In this document: positions 1 to 13,745 of the stretch, piece after piece
How positions within the stretch are numbered: the stretch's first letter is position 1
Layout of the letters: every line of letters starts with the position of its first letter
Assembly: GCA_965285935.1 (NCBI GenBank)
Contig: OZ260661.1
Coordinates: 61,070,001-61,134,000 of the forward strand
Direction: 5' to 3'
Length of the DNA stretch: 64,000 bases
Origin: Ophelia neglecta
Taxonomy: Eukaryota
Made by a program: the position numbers and the translations under genes
Notes under the pieces: model-generated
Seen by the model: only the letters and a program-made list of their open reading frames with translations
Told to the model about the DNA's origin: nothing
The model's database searches: none

Positions 1-3000
1 TTGAATGTATATACATCAATAGGCCCCAGTATACAACATGACTGAAGTTTAATCAAAGAAGAAACCTTTGAGAACTGTGATCCGCTACCTCGTTAAACCT
101 TCAATATAATACTTGGAATTAAGTTCTTGCCAACCTTATTAAAAGTTAAGCAAATTCAAATACTTAATGACAAGTTACCGAGTAAGTGAATTGACTATAT
201 TCATAACTAAGGGCATAATGGGGTAAAATGAAGGTATTTTTTTGAACATATACGAGGCCTTGTATGCTCTATTAGCAGGGAAGACTAGCTTCCCACAGCA
301 GGGTCTGATTGGTTACATGACCACGAGTAAAAATAAGGTAGAGGAGCGCCTGCCCCCACCCCACCCCCCTCCCCCCATGGTTTTGTAGACCAGTTAAGAT
401 AGAAAGATGCCCAGGAAGTCGCGGCATCCTCTGCTGGTTAAGAGAGATTTGTGTTGCAGCGCCTTGTCAAACTTTTCTTGTAGGAAGTCTCCCTCCCCGG
501 GCTTAATCGGCAAAGCGTGCTGAACGTCTTGTCTCCTGTCCTTAACCATCAACACTAAGAGTTAGATGGGTGCTATTGTTGTGTGCAGCCCTCATCGCGC
601 GATCGATCGATAAACTGCTATGAATAGTGGAACAAGACAGGCACTGTCGCTCGCATGCATGAACAAAACATGAGCTACAAGGAAACGCCTAGCCGGGGGG
701 TGAGCTTGCATACAGGAACGCATCAGTTTATCAAGTGTGGATTAAAGAGGTCCACGCAAAACGATTGAGATTAGGATTTTACGGACGATTGAATGGGGCA
801 GGGGGGCTCGGGGGGCATTCTTATGACCTTCTTCGGGGAAATTGGGGTCAGTTAATGGCGTACATCACGGGAATTGCAATGCGAGAGCGTGACAGTTGAA
901 GGCCACAGGAAACGGTCCCCGGTAGCTGATAGGGTAGTTATTTATTGATTGGGGCCCTACACCCAGCGTTTGTCGGGCTCAAGGCCTCGAACCGGCACAA
1001 GGCCACTGACCTAGTTTCCGAGTCTAACCGAAGAAACTCCCTACCAAAGAGTCGATCGCCCAAGGCCAATGATCATGCTGGGCTCTGGGCGTAAGAAAGA
1101 TGACATGTTCTCGGGCGTCTCAGGCTTCACAAACAAAACGACACAACCAAGGGGGGGGGGTCATTATTTATCTCATGGGGCGGGGGGGGGGGGCTGATTT
1201 AGCTTGTGCGTGTGTGTATTTGGGGGAAGGGGGGGGGGTCATTCCGTCTTTACCCATCCTAATCACGTGCTTTCTGGACAATAATTAAGAGACATTTATC
1301 TGGATAAGTCTCATATTATGAGGCGAGTAATTTCAGTGTCAATACGTTTGCAGCAAAGCAAATTTGTGGTTTCTACCGATATACATTGAAAACAGTTTCT
1401 GTATCACAAAAAACTCCGGGGAAGTGTTATCTGAATACAACATAGACCTTTTAGAATTCAGAATATCCCATGGCTCATAAAAATAGGGGACATCTTTCCC
1501 CAATCTGTCCCAACCCCCACCCCCACCCCTGTGCTAAATAATGACCGCCCACTTAGGAAGCAACTTTGTTCATGCCATACTTGGGTGCTCCATGACATCA
1601 TTGGCTGCGACTTCAGTGTTGTCATGAATTTACCCGTATAGTCCTGTTACAAATTTGCTTAGCCCATTTAAATAGGCCAGACAGGACAAGGTGCCTGTAT
1701 GGATTTACTCTTAAAAGTATGAAATAACTTACCGATATGAGAAAATATAAAGAACTCGAGGTACCAATCCATGTTTAGTGCAGACTGTGGAGTTGGCATA
1801 CTGGTCACACAGTCTACGACCTTACAAGGCAATGTTTACAAGTATGCTTTGGTTCATTATCCGAGCGGTAAATGCTCAACGTCACAGTCCGTACTGTTTA
1901 TCCAATTTCCATGCGCATATAGTCAAGGTCCTATATGATTGTTATTTATATGTTAAATTTCCCAAAATCATGTTTTTTGGCACGGATAAGCTGGTAAGAA
2001 ATTGACCCGTTTTAGTTGCTGTGTTGTGATTGAAAACTCTTAAATCAATAAGACCGAGCATTAAAAACACTCAAAAACGCAAAAAAAATGTACTGGGAAA
2101 CGGACCTCATTTAGTTTCCGTATTACTTAATGGCAGCGAAGCATGTCGGCCGTTTTCATTATAAGTAAACGTTGTTAAAAGTGACCTTAAAGATAAATTA
2201 AGTACCTGATATTATATAATGAAGTTTGATTCAATACTTACCATAGGAGAATTTCCTATTCTTCTGGCATGACAAGAGTTTATGTGCACCTCCTCGATCT
2301 TTTACATCGCCTCTGTATACGCTGAGAAAGTTGTCCAACACGTGGATGGCTTCTTAAATGGAGAAGCTCTTGGCGCTAAACTTAAGTTAGTTGTTAGCCT
2401 ATCAGTTCTTTGATTCCCTTAATATAATTACAGCATCATGACCTCTGGAATCGTAATCAGAATAAATTAACTCAAAACACAAACTCGGTAATCTAAAAAT
2501 AGGCGACACTTTCAATAAATGCGTCCTGATTGGTTGGGACGTGTGCTATGCATTGGCTACCCAGTTCATGACGCGCTGCATCACATCTTGACTAATCTAT
2601 ATGTTAGTTGAGTGGATCGTAAATCAATCAAAAGGACGTATTATGATCACGAGGGATTCAGATTTCATTGGACAACGTATTTCACAATTCATTATAATGT
2701 CCAGAACTGGAGGATACGTCATAACAAGCTGCGGAAGAAGAGTAATCATTGACAAAAAAATAGTCGATTTAAGATGTGGCTATTCCGCGTTGTCAAAATT
2801 CTCATGTATGCCACATATTGCCAAATGAGAGAGACCTAAAAGTTTGGAAATTTACAGAATCTGTTAATCTGTTCACAGTCAACCTTAAATACTGACAAGA
2901 AATGATGTTTTGACCATGGATAGGGCGAGGCCCTTTGCTTCAAACAACCAGATTACCTAAGTAAAATTTGGCGGGCATCATCAATGAAAGAGGATATTTA

Positions 3001-5742
3001 CAGAATTGCACTCATATGGATATTACGCTAAACTTTCGGGTTGGTCACTTCTCGGCAAAGCATAGAGTCCGATGATGCATTTTGAGGATCGAGGAGGGTT
3101 TAAAATTGTATAAAACTTATCTATATTCGGCATGTTGAAGCCTTTTGATGGTCCGCCTTTTGTTTTATGAGATAATGTTGCTGGCTCGTCCGACTTCCAG
3201 CCACGAGGTAGGGATTTTGTATAAGAGCCCGGATGACGGTGACCAGGGATTAGCGACACACGAGCTAACCCAAGTCCACGTCGGTAAGTCACACATTCCG
3301 GTTACGGCAACTCGACTACATGTCACTCAATAAGCGGCGGTGTCATGCGTGAAATAATAAGTAAGATGTCACCATAAGCTCATGCCCCTACGCACTACAC
3401 TTAGATCTAAACGGACTGGCTACGCCATTATAACTCAGGCGGTCAAACCGCTAAAATATATACTCAAAACAGGAAAAAAAAAGGAAAAAAGAGATACACA
3501 ATTAAGACAAAATTAAATCGGAATGTGTGGTGACAGGAATAAGGGTTGGCTTTTACTAGAAACCTAACTGGAACATTGAATGCTTAAGCCTCACGTCTCC
3601 CCAGAACCTTGTCCAAGTGGCTACATTCTAAATATCTTATATCCGTGTCTCGTATTTTGTATCGGGTATCACAGTATTTAGTCATTTTTGTGCTAGAATT
3701 GACCAAATTAGTCAATACAAGCAAAATGTGAGGCCATACTGTGAAACCCGATACAACTGAATGATGGACCTTGTGATGTTAGCAACGAATTCACCTTGTT
3801 GAAGTTATCAACATCATCAACAGCCTTCATCAATGGGTTTATAGGGCTTGGTGGTAGAAACGCAAGGCTTTGACATGACTTGGTTACGGGTGACGTGTAT
3901 CTCGTGTAGTTTTCGACACAGCAGCTTTCAGGAGTCGCGAAGAGCTGCTTCATAACCTGTTCAAATAAGCTTCTTGGCTAAATGTGAATCTCGATGGTCG
4001 GTTATCGAACATAAACAATTTGCCCTTTACGCCTTAATGCGCTTTTCGTATTTCATAAAAGCTTTAGTGAATAAGTGGCCATTACGGGCAAAAAATACCT
4101 ATAAAATTGTATTTTATTGACCAGATATGAAATAAAATGGTGTCTTATTGTGCTTTACAAACAGGTCGACAATGGTAAGTGGACACAGACTGGGGCTATG
4201 GCTAGGACATTTATGTGAAGCATATGGGTCAGAATAATAAAATTCCTTTATACTTTGTAAGCACCGATGTCTGTAACTGGCTATAGGTCTGAATTAGAAA
4301 ACTTCTAAATCATTTTGATAACGCTACAGTAGAAATGGCAGGCTGGTGGAAAATCTCCAGACAAGCACTTCATTGGCACTCCCTGGACTAAGAACGCAAT
4401 ACATTGAGTTATCTACTAACTTTCTATTAATTTCTTATTGTGCATATTCATCAAGGAATGAAAATAACTATATGTGGAACGGATGAACTGCGAGTCTTCT
4501 GAGCGAAAGCAAGGTAAGTTAGTCTAATTTGGTGCTGTCACTTTATGCTTTTTTTGAAACTCAGTGTCAGCGTGCCTTTAATGTGATTTGACGATACCAG
4601 ACATATGGAAAAAAAACTTAACATTTTATCGATTTGATGCACAGGATACATGCGAATCAAGTTTACAACGTGAGAAAAAAACTCAAAAATGCAGACATCA
4701 TTTTATTATAGCGAGACGTAAGCTTTTTCCAAACCGATATTTGTATTATAAGTGGTCTTCTTTGTTTGCGACGACACCAATTTTAGGTTTAATAGCTTTA
4801 TGGCTACAATGTTATCCGGAAATTTTTATATTACCGAGCTGTGTCAGTTGGTGCATTGCTAAAGGAAAAAATATCCCGATTTGGCGATTGTTTCCGTTGA
4901 GTCATTGAACCGATCGTCCTATTACCTATTTCAGGTTTTACAATAGTTTATGTTTGAACGCGCCACATTACACAAGCATTATCAACAGCTAGATGGATCA
5001 GTGTGGGCTCAACTACACACACCAATCGCAGGCTTAACAAACCCAACGCGCTGAAAGAGATATTAATGCAAAGCAAAGACATTAGTCGCAATTTATTGGC
5101 TACTTCTCCAAAATTGGAGATAAAAATACCGGCCTTACAGAACAATGTTTACCTTCACTAGCAATAAAGTAACTTTCTTTACCTGACCTGTATCGCAAAA
5201 TACGCTGAATAGTTATTACCGAGCGTATATAGGTTTATATAGGCTGGTAGAAAACGGTAGGTCTCCAACTACTGCTATCGGCTCCAGCCCTGACCTCGGA
5301 CACACAAACCGCTCCTTGTCTGGTTATACTGGTCAGCAAATTATTTTAGACCCTTGATAACACTGTTCTGGTGAAAGAAACAAGCTGGTGAAAACAGTTT
5401 ATTGGTGGGCTGTAGTGGTCGGTGTCGTCTGATCTGGTGATATTAGGCGGGAAAGTGTTTGTTTGTGGGGACGCTGCAGACGACCTGAGTTGATCCCTTG
5501 TAGACTAGACCACAGGCAGAGACAAACAAACAATCTGCATGATACACAGGCCCAGTGACATCGATTAAATATCACCAGTCTACATACATTACTTTATGTC
5601 ATCCACACGTACATAATCGGAAAACAATTTGCAGCCGGAAGAAGTCCCGTCCAGCTATGGCGAAAAATGTCCCCTTGTTGTTTATCTTGACGATGTTTTA
5701 GTGTTAACCCACAACATAAAACGGACAGCTTTTCAACAACGA

Positions 5743-5752
5743 TTTATTTAAT
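5743..5752 (-). terminator. Candidate Post2 polyadenylation signal (overlapping ATTAAA/AATAAA), implying a ~4-kb 3'UTR
   Basis: Minus strand GATTAAATAAATCG followed about 20 nt later by a GU/U-rich downstream element (tgtccgttttatgttgtggg). The sequence between 5750 and 9736 is ORF-poor and AU-rich. Confidence 0.5.
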
Positions 5753-8700
5753 CATATACAACTTCACATTTAGATGCAATGGTCACTGAGATAAATTCAC
5801 GTCAGTTCACTGTACAATAATTATCACATTCTGTGTATACAATTAATTCTGTCAAGCCTGGGCAAATAAAGAACAATCAGTATGAACATTTTTCCTTAGT
5901 CCCAGAGGTACTGTACAAAACGACACAATTAGTTAATATTGACATTATAGTTATCGTTACATTTCATTCCTAATACACTCAATTCTAAATATCCCAAACT
6001 TCTACCATGAAATTCACTTATGTATACAAATGCAAGCAACTTTGATTCGAGTCTCCAAATTGAAGAGGCTTTAACTATATATAGCTTGTTGGGTGTTAAA
6101 TGATTGATCCGAATGTCAATTGACTGAGCTACACAATGGTCACTGACGCAGGCCACTATCACAATGTTATTATTTTGACGATGATCCCACTGAGGTAGAT
6201 ACATAACTATATTATATTATTGAAACGCCGAAGAATTTCCGTGCAATTTTTTTTCCGAAATGGGATGCAACCGAATCAGAATTTGAAAGGTGGAAAACAC
6301 ACCTAAATAGGTGGGTCCGTTTAGACTCAGGGGAATGATATTCAATGGCTTAAAATGAATGGGTTTAACTAAAAGTGAGGCATTATCTGCTCGACCAACT
6401 GAGAGCTCTGTCTTTTCTACCGAATATACTCACACATTTAACAACACGCTAGATATGTCCTTTGTGAATCTTACAACATTGGACAATTATTGGCACATGA
6501 ACTCGTCTTGGGGGCAGTAGTTATATATTATTGTTAAATAGGATGTGACGATTCGAGACAGGCCTCCTCGGTGCTTCATCTCAGCTAGATAAGCTGTAAG
6601 CATATCCAACGTGACGTGACTAAGTGTGGTGTAGCAAAATTGTACGGAAATTCTTAATTTGAGGGGATGGGTTGTATTGGAAAAAACGTTTGCAGCTAAT
6701 TTGTGTTCATAGTAACCGTAGAACTTAGATGACCCAGTGCTCACATTCAATTTACAAATACATGCATTGCCAGCCAGTGTACAGCAAGAGCTAAATTATC
6801 ATTTACTAAAATTAATCAACAATGAGCCAGCGATAGTTTTCCTAAACAAACGGATAAAAAAGATTTGGAATTCAAACAACAACGTTTTCAAACAATACCC
6901 TAGACCGTATGAAATTATGCCCAAAATTAAAACCCGGCTACTGCCACAGACGGATATGTGTACAACTCCGACTTTGCTCCAGGCAAGAGATAGATTGAAA
7001 ATTATTATCAAATATATCCGTCGTTTCAAAATATCAATGCTGGAGAAAAGTGAAGGTCATGGCATCAAATCTAAAATGAGAACTAAGCCAGAGCCCGTAC
7101 GAAATGTCATGTTATAATGCGATACTGGTCTTGAGCAGATACTTCTTATACATGCCAATAATTTCAAGAAAGACACCAACATTGATATTTTGAGACGATA
7201 GTTAACATTAAGTAAGATTAAAACATTTCATTTACTTAATCAAAACACATCTAGCACTATGTGAGTAGGTGAATTAATTATAATGCATTGGTAAAGTCTA
7301 ATAACAATGTTTATAAGTATATTTGTGCTCTCAAACAAGAGTTGCATTAGCTGAATGCCTATAAAATGACTTCTATAGTGAAATTTCCCCTGATTTTCCG
7401 ATCATGAACCCTATTATGCGGTCTTCAATACAAGACATTCGTGATTTGAATCAATGATATGCGACACCATATTGCGACTACCAGGCATCTTAACATCGAA
7501 GTGAATGCAAGCTTTTGAAAACATTCAACGTGAATAAATTCAGATATTGTTGACAGGAGTTTTATGATAAACCGCGTGTTTTTGTCGAATGTAATACTGA
7601 TCTATTGATGGAGTGATAGGAGAAAATTGAAGCAATTCCTCTATAGCAGAGTTCTGACCACCACGGCCGATGTAAATTATTTTGGATTAATATGGCACAT
7701 GAAACAGTCTACTCAAAACAACTTAACTGAATTGAAAAGGTCCTGTTTTTTCCAGTCTCTGTAAAATGCTGCACACTCGTGAACAACAAATTAATGTAAA
7801 TATTGCAGTACCCGTGTATGCTTTACAGTCGTGCCACTTAAACCTTGATAAACTACATATTACCTAATAATAAGCAGGCTGATAATTACCATACATTTCA
7901 TTTGGACAATTATTATTATAATAAAATAAATATATGACGACCATCACAAGACAATTGAGAATATAAAATTACACAATACTTCTTATCATAATCATATAAC
8001 TCTGTATGCGGCGCAATCCTTGAAAGGACTAATGATATTGACACGATATTTTAAGTAACTCCCTGGTCAGGGCTACCACGATGTACAGCACACGACTACA
8101 CAAGCACAACACCACAGAACACATTTCCAGGTATTTCACAGCTTCTCACAATGCCATAAAAGGCAGTACATCAAATTCTTTTTCAATATCAGGGGCGGCC
8201 TTGACGATTATCTCTCTGGAATTGTTTTAAATTTGCCTATGAAGTGTTTTCTTTTTACAGTTCATAATCTCCTCAAAGCGGTTTGATCCGAGCAAGCATA
8301 GGATACATGATACAAAAATGAGCAGAAGTGCAGTTCAGTTCATCGAATATGCACCATAGGCCAGGAGACATATGGAATTCTGACTAGAAAAATGCTTCCC
8401 TCGGCCACTTGAAATTCGCTGATCAGTGGTTTCTGGTTGCATTTCTGCGTTTTGTTTCCATTTTTGCCATAGCAATATTTGAGTCATTATCACCGGGCTT
8501 TGAACCTGAGCCGGTGAAAGTCTTCAACCGATCGGTTTCCTCAAATGACTACGGCTAGTTCCACCCTAAAGGCGGAGAATATTCTGCCCCTCCGCATATA
8601 GCTTCATAAATGCTTTAAATGAAACTTGACTAAGTATGTCTGTGGATCAAGAGCAATTCCTAATTCAGGCGTGTAATGTTTGAAATTAGACCAAATCAGA

Positions 8701-9736
8701 GCAAAATCTCTTTTGAAGGGAAGCATGGGTGCGCAGTCACTAGTCTGCCATCTCCATACGTCTCTCGGCAACAGATATTTTTCAAATGGTTCTGAAGTCA
8801 TAAAGAATGACATAAACTTTGTCATGAAACATATCTGCATGCAGCAATAAGGAGGAGCCCATAATGAACCAAAATTGTTGAACAGTTAAGCAACTCAAAT
8901 ACAACTGGTACGAGAGGGTCGAGTAGTTACGCCATTACCTGAAGGTATGGACTAAAAACTTAGCACTTTTGGTACACCTATCGATACAAACACATTCAAT
9001 TAAAAGCTGCCTATATAAAATGCCTTCATATTTTTGTATATATATATAACAGTTGTGGTGCACACCAGGGGACGCTCCATGTTTCAATACATGCGACAAT
9101 CCCTTTATGAATGAAAAAATGGGGGCTGTTTAAGAACAACTGTTGACTATACAGATTATTGTGAGTGGCTAAAGGAACCAGACTATCTCAATCTGACAAG
9201 TCAAAGCGAGTTAATTGTCGTATGTGCCTTTTGAACGAAGTCTTGATTCTTAAGTATGCTCTCATTACCCCAGATAAAGGACCAGGTTTAACTAAACGTA
9301 AGAATTGGAGAGGAATATTGGCACAAAAAAATAAAAGGGCACACCCAGCGAACTCTTGCAATATCGCACACAGCTGAGTCCAGACGACGGTTTAAGAAAG
9401 AACTATATGTTAAGGGTCAAATACATAAAGTCTCAGACAAATTGATAAGCTCATAAACAATGCTATGCATCACTTGGCAAACCCACAGCAGTTTAAATAC
9501 CATAAAAGGAAAGGTGTATCCTGGCCTTCATAAAGGAAAGGTAATGATACATTGTACATCTGCACCACATTTAGGTTGGCGTACAGTACAGGAGCTGCTC
9601 GTCATCCTGCACTGCCTCGCCAACAGTCAACTCATAGCTCGGTTGTACTGAAGTTTGAGTTTCAAGTTATATATATATATTGTTGAAGACTCCCTGAATA
9701 ACATGCAGCATGACGTTGGTATAGTGTGGCACACGC

Positions 9737-10017
9737 TCAGTTGGAAGGGTTGACAACAACTCCATGGCCGTTGACTCCATTCGCTGCTGCTGGGTCTTGT
9801 TCCTTCATGAGAGATTTTGCTCTTTCGTTCAATTTCTTTCTCTTCATACGCCTATTTTGGAACCACACTTTGACTTGTCTCTCGGTGAGATGAAGTTTGC
9901 AGGATATTTCCCACCTTTTTTGCCGCGTGATATAAGAATTGTTCATAAACTCATTTTCCAAAACCATCGTTTGGTACCTTGTATAAGGCTTCCTCTTCTT
10001 TCTTTGTTTGGGTTGAT
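9737..10017 (-). CDS. Post2: Posterior Hox gene Post2, last coding exon (homeobox; homeodomain approx. 10006..9827)
   Basis: Translation (D)[75 protein letters not shown]...NPSN*. The [15 protein letters not shown] / [14 protein letters not shown] / [15 protein letters not shown] signature is diagnostic of lophotrochozoan Post2. The minus-strand acceptor is ...aaactttcattttatag|AT (AG at 10019-10018). The stop TGA is at 9739..9737. Confidence 0.96.
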
Positions 10018-13000
10018 CTATAAAATGAAAGTTTAGATTGCATATAAAATCATGTATTTGGACACACGATCTGTTATTGATCTAGTGTGGACTTGTAATG
10101 GTTCAGTATAGATATAGATATGGTAAGAATAAACTTAATTTAACTGAACCAGGACACTGAGGTTATATAACAGAAATGTCCAACTTAGCAACAAAGTCAG
10201 AATAAACTTATCATAATATGGTTTAGTTTATTAATATCTTATTGATGATTAAAATGCCATGTGGTTAGAAAGATCACAATCCAAATCGATACATTTGAAG
10301 ATTAGGGAGAATATTGGCTTACATACACCATAACTGTATAGAAGAGGCGAACAGTCTGGACTGACAATTACTGAATTTCATTGCAATTGAAAACTAACTA
10401 TATATATATTCGTAAATGTTAGTTTCGTAGCAGTGAGTTAGTATTACTTTTAATGATTGAACGGAAGTCCTGCAAAGCATCAATGGAAATAAAACGACAA
10501 ATCAAGACGGTGACATTTGATTTACATATAAGTCTATAACCAAGAGGGTAATTCCTGTTTTGTGTGATTATAAAAGGTGCATGATAGATAGTGGGAGTGG
10601 CCTAAACCCGTCTTAACCAGGAGTAAAGTACACCTGTGAGTGGGATGATCAGCATGCTTCCTTAATAATGATTGGCTACAACTGTATAGTAGATAACCGA
10701 AAACCTAAAGGCCACTTGAAAAAAAAATGTCACCCTGTGAAACAACCACCACAACCTCCTACCCCAAACAAGCCAAACGTCGTGTGAAACTGAAGGAGAA
10801 AATGTTTCTACTCTCACATATCAAAAGAGCCGTACAACAGTCAAACTTTCCAAAACAGTCAAACGCGGGATGCACGCTGAATTGTATTGAAATAGCCTTA
10901 CCGGGGTCATGTGACTCGTGGTGGTCGCCATTGAATCTATTGACCAGAAATGGAAACATGACTGGAAATAGATAAGTAACGAGTCAATGGATGTCTTTCA
11001 ATTTTACTGGGCAATCGAGGTTTCGGCCAAAACTCTTTAACTTTGAAAGGGTTGATTTTGAATTTAGAACGGATGATTATATGAACTCTTTTTAACTATA
11101 AACGCTTTTTTGTTTGAGTTTCAACCCACATTTTATACCATGCAAGTCTTGGCGCAGTGTATTGTGGGCACTTTAAAGCCTCAGCACGATCCGAAAGATG
11201 AATGGCAAGTTGTTAGTCAATAAACTGTCGGAATGAATAATTGCCAATTTTATTGGAGATTAAGAACTATGAACTACGTTTATCGTTTATAAACACGGTT
11301 CATCCTCAATGCTCCCCCCTTTTTACGTGTTCTGCAATCACGAGCGGAGTAACAAAGCCGAGCTCACATTTGTTGTAATATCGTATGGTGGAGAAGCTGC
11401 TAGAGGCAATCTAGTCGCTCCTGAATGAGCTACTCCATTATCATCATGCTATTACCGTGGTAGTAAGCGTGCCAACGGAATAGTCAATGGCCCGAGTGCA
11501 AGGCGCCGACTAGCATCTCGCCAAACAATCGCTCGGGTTGCATTCCGTTAAGGGGTAAGCTAATGAGATCAACAGGGAAAATGAGCAAAGCCATGTCACA
11601 AGCAACTCAGCCGGAAACCTTGGTGACTCATGGCAATTGTTTGGAGCTACTAACAACTGCGGGATATTGGTGGAGCTAGTGGTCGGAGCGGTCTGGGCAG
11701 TGCACATGCTGGTGTTGTAGTATTTATATATAGAATGCTTGGTTGGGCTGCCACTAGTACCCGGTCAGTGCAGTTTGCCATAAGTCAAATTCCAGTGACA
11801 TGCGAGATGCGGCCTGGGCAGTGTCACGGCAGATCGCACTTCGTGACCGGCATGGGCATGATGGTCATTTTCCCCAGTGGCATTAGCTGTGTCCTGTGAG
11901 ATCTGTGCATGCACAAGGCTTGTTAATGGCCGGCTGTATCTATGTGTTATTGAATAGTATTGAGTGCTAGGCAGGTAGGGATGACAACGGTCTTAAACAT
12001 CAACAATAGACAGAGATAAAAATACATGTATGTCTTATAAACTTATAAAGAAAGATTCGTATCAGGTATCAACTATTTAATTTGGGTGGGTGTGTGTGTG
12101 TGGGGGGGGGGGAGAGGGGGGGGGTAAAAAGTTAACAATTATTGATTACTTTGATTAGTCTAATGAAAGTAAACGAGACACTCAATTAACATAAGAATAT
12201 TTGGAAAATGAGAAACTTGTATCGTGGAAGCAGACGACATTGACTTCGTGGACAAGACCTTTCCTTAAGGCAAGAATAGTCGTCAAACGCTAGACCTATT
12301 CATTCGAATATTTATCAAAATAATTGAGTACGGTGAAAACCCATTTGCCACAACCCTGTCGCTCAATCCAACAATAAACTGGAAACTACATGACTATAAA
12401 CAAACGTGATTAATACAAAATGTTATTCTTAACTCGGGTGTTTTGAAATTGAATGAGTTAATAGCGGTCAAGAAGTTTCTATAGGGTGTTTTAGACCGCT
12501 AGTCCCTGTGATTTGACGGTAAAACCAGTCTCATGTTAACCATATATAATGAAATAGGACAATAAGACTTTATGGGCGTTTGATCGTTCCAAATCGCCCA
12601 CCGTTAACTGGCTAGTGTCATGAGACTTTTAATGCCAACAAGTCACGATTTCACAGAAGCAGAGAATAAAAAATGGCAATAGATTTGAGCAGTCTGTGAA
12701 GTGAGACGAGCGGGCCGTAGACAAGTGTCAGTTCCCAGCAGCAGCTGGAGAGAGTCAGGCCAACACTGGTGTTGGCTATTGATCGCTTGCCCGCAGGCGA
12801 AGCATCATGGCTGGTCACTATTCTGAGAGAAAACGTGGGAGTGACCAACTCGAGTGCTGACTCCTACCGTCAACTGTGATGGTTAAGAGCCAGAGACCTC
12901 CTTCTCGAGCAGCTTATCACGACCCCATCAATCATAAAATTAAAAGGCTCTATCAAAAAGAAATTATTTCTAGTAGTCCATGGTTCTGACTGTTTTATGG

Positions 13001-13231
13001 GCACTAACATATTTTTGCGACACGTGCACCGTGAATTACCAAGTTGTTCCACTGGCAACGACCCAGTAAAACTTCTAAAGTGTTAAAAATCTTAGGACTC
13101 AAAATAAAATCTATATTTGGGAACCGACCGAAAGCTTATTTTTAAGACAGTTTAAACAAAATGTCCACCTAACATGACATTCCCACTTTTGGAAATTACG
13201 ACAAATTTAGGTTAAAGTGAGCAGCACCTAC
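10018..13231 (-). other. Post2: Post2 intron (3214 nt, GT-AG, phase 1)
   Basis: GTAGGT donor and polypyrimidine-TAG acceptor with matching phase. An intron just before the homeobox is typical of Hox genes. Confidence 0.9.
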
Positions 13232-13706
13232 CGGGATTTTGGGAGTTGTCATTGCACACACCCATAGGAGCACCGTCGTGCTCGAAGCGGGGTATCGGGG
13301 GGATGGAGGCCAAGTCGGTGAAGATTCCACTCCCCATGGCTCCGGGGTTCGTCTGGTACATGTCGCTGTAGAAGGGAAAACTTCTGTGTGACGGCAAAGA
13401 GTTCAGGGGATACTGGTTAAGTTGCATCTGGTTGCAGTTGGGCAGCAGGTCCGAGCCCGAGGGGAAGGTCGGCGGGTAGGTGGGTTTGTGCCCGCCGGGG
13501 GTGCCCCCCGGCCCCAGGGAGGAGGCGTAGGGGGTATAGTTACACGTGCCGTGCGAGACCACCGTCGCAGTGTTGTTGTAATCCGACCATCCGTTGATCG
13601 CCCTTCTAGTGTCCTGGGGTGAGCTGGTTACAAGGCTCGTAACTCCTGTCGAAATACCTTGGTAGGGAGATAAACTGGGTCTCAACTGAAGATTGGTAGG
13701 CTCCAT
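13232..13706 (-). CDS. Post2: Post2 first coding exon (N-terminal S/P/G/Y-rich region, MEPTNLQLRPSLSPYQG...NDNSQNP)
   Basis: GC-rich open frame (ORF 13212..13754). The first ATG is at 13706 in GCAATGG context. Donor CCCG|GTAGGT at 13231 gives a phase-1 intron that matches the acceptor at 10018 (G+AT=Asp), joining in frame to the homeobox exon: 475+281=756 nt = 251 aa + stop. The track's start at 13754 is a TTG inside a splice acceptor region. Confidence 0.9.
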
Positions 13707-13721
13707 TGCTCCGCCGATACA

Positions 13722-13745
13722 CTGAAAAAAGTGAACAAGATCAGC
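13722..13745 (-). other. Splice acceptor 15 nt upstream of the Post2 ATG, implying upstream 5'UTR exon(s)
   Basis: Minus strand reads gctgatcttgttcacttttttcag|TGTATCGGCGGAGCAATG: a branch-like CTGAT, a pyrimidine tract and CAG. Confidence 0.7.

Noticed and set aside
3708-3960. 81-aa minus ORF preceded by a TTTGAACAG acceptor-like site
   Set aside because: No homology recognised and no partner exons identified.
9764-10036. 90-aa plus-strand ORF
   Set aside because: Antisense shadow of the Post2 homeobox exon.
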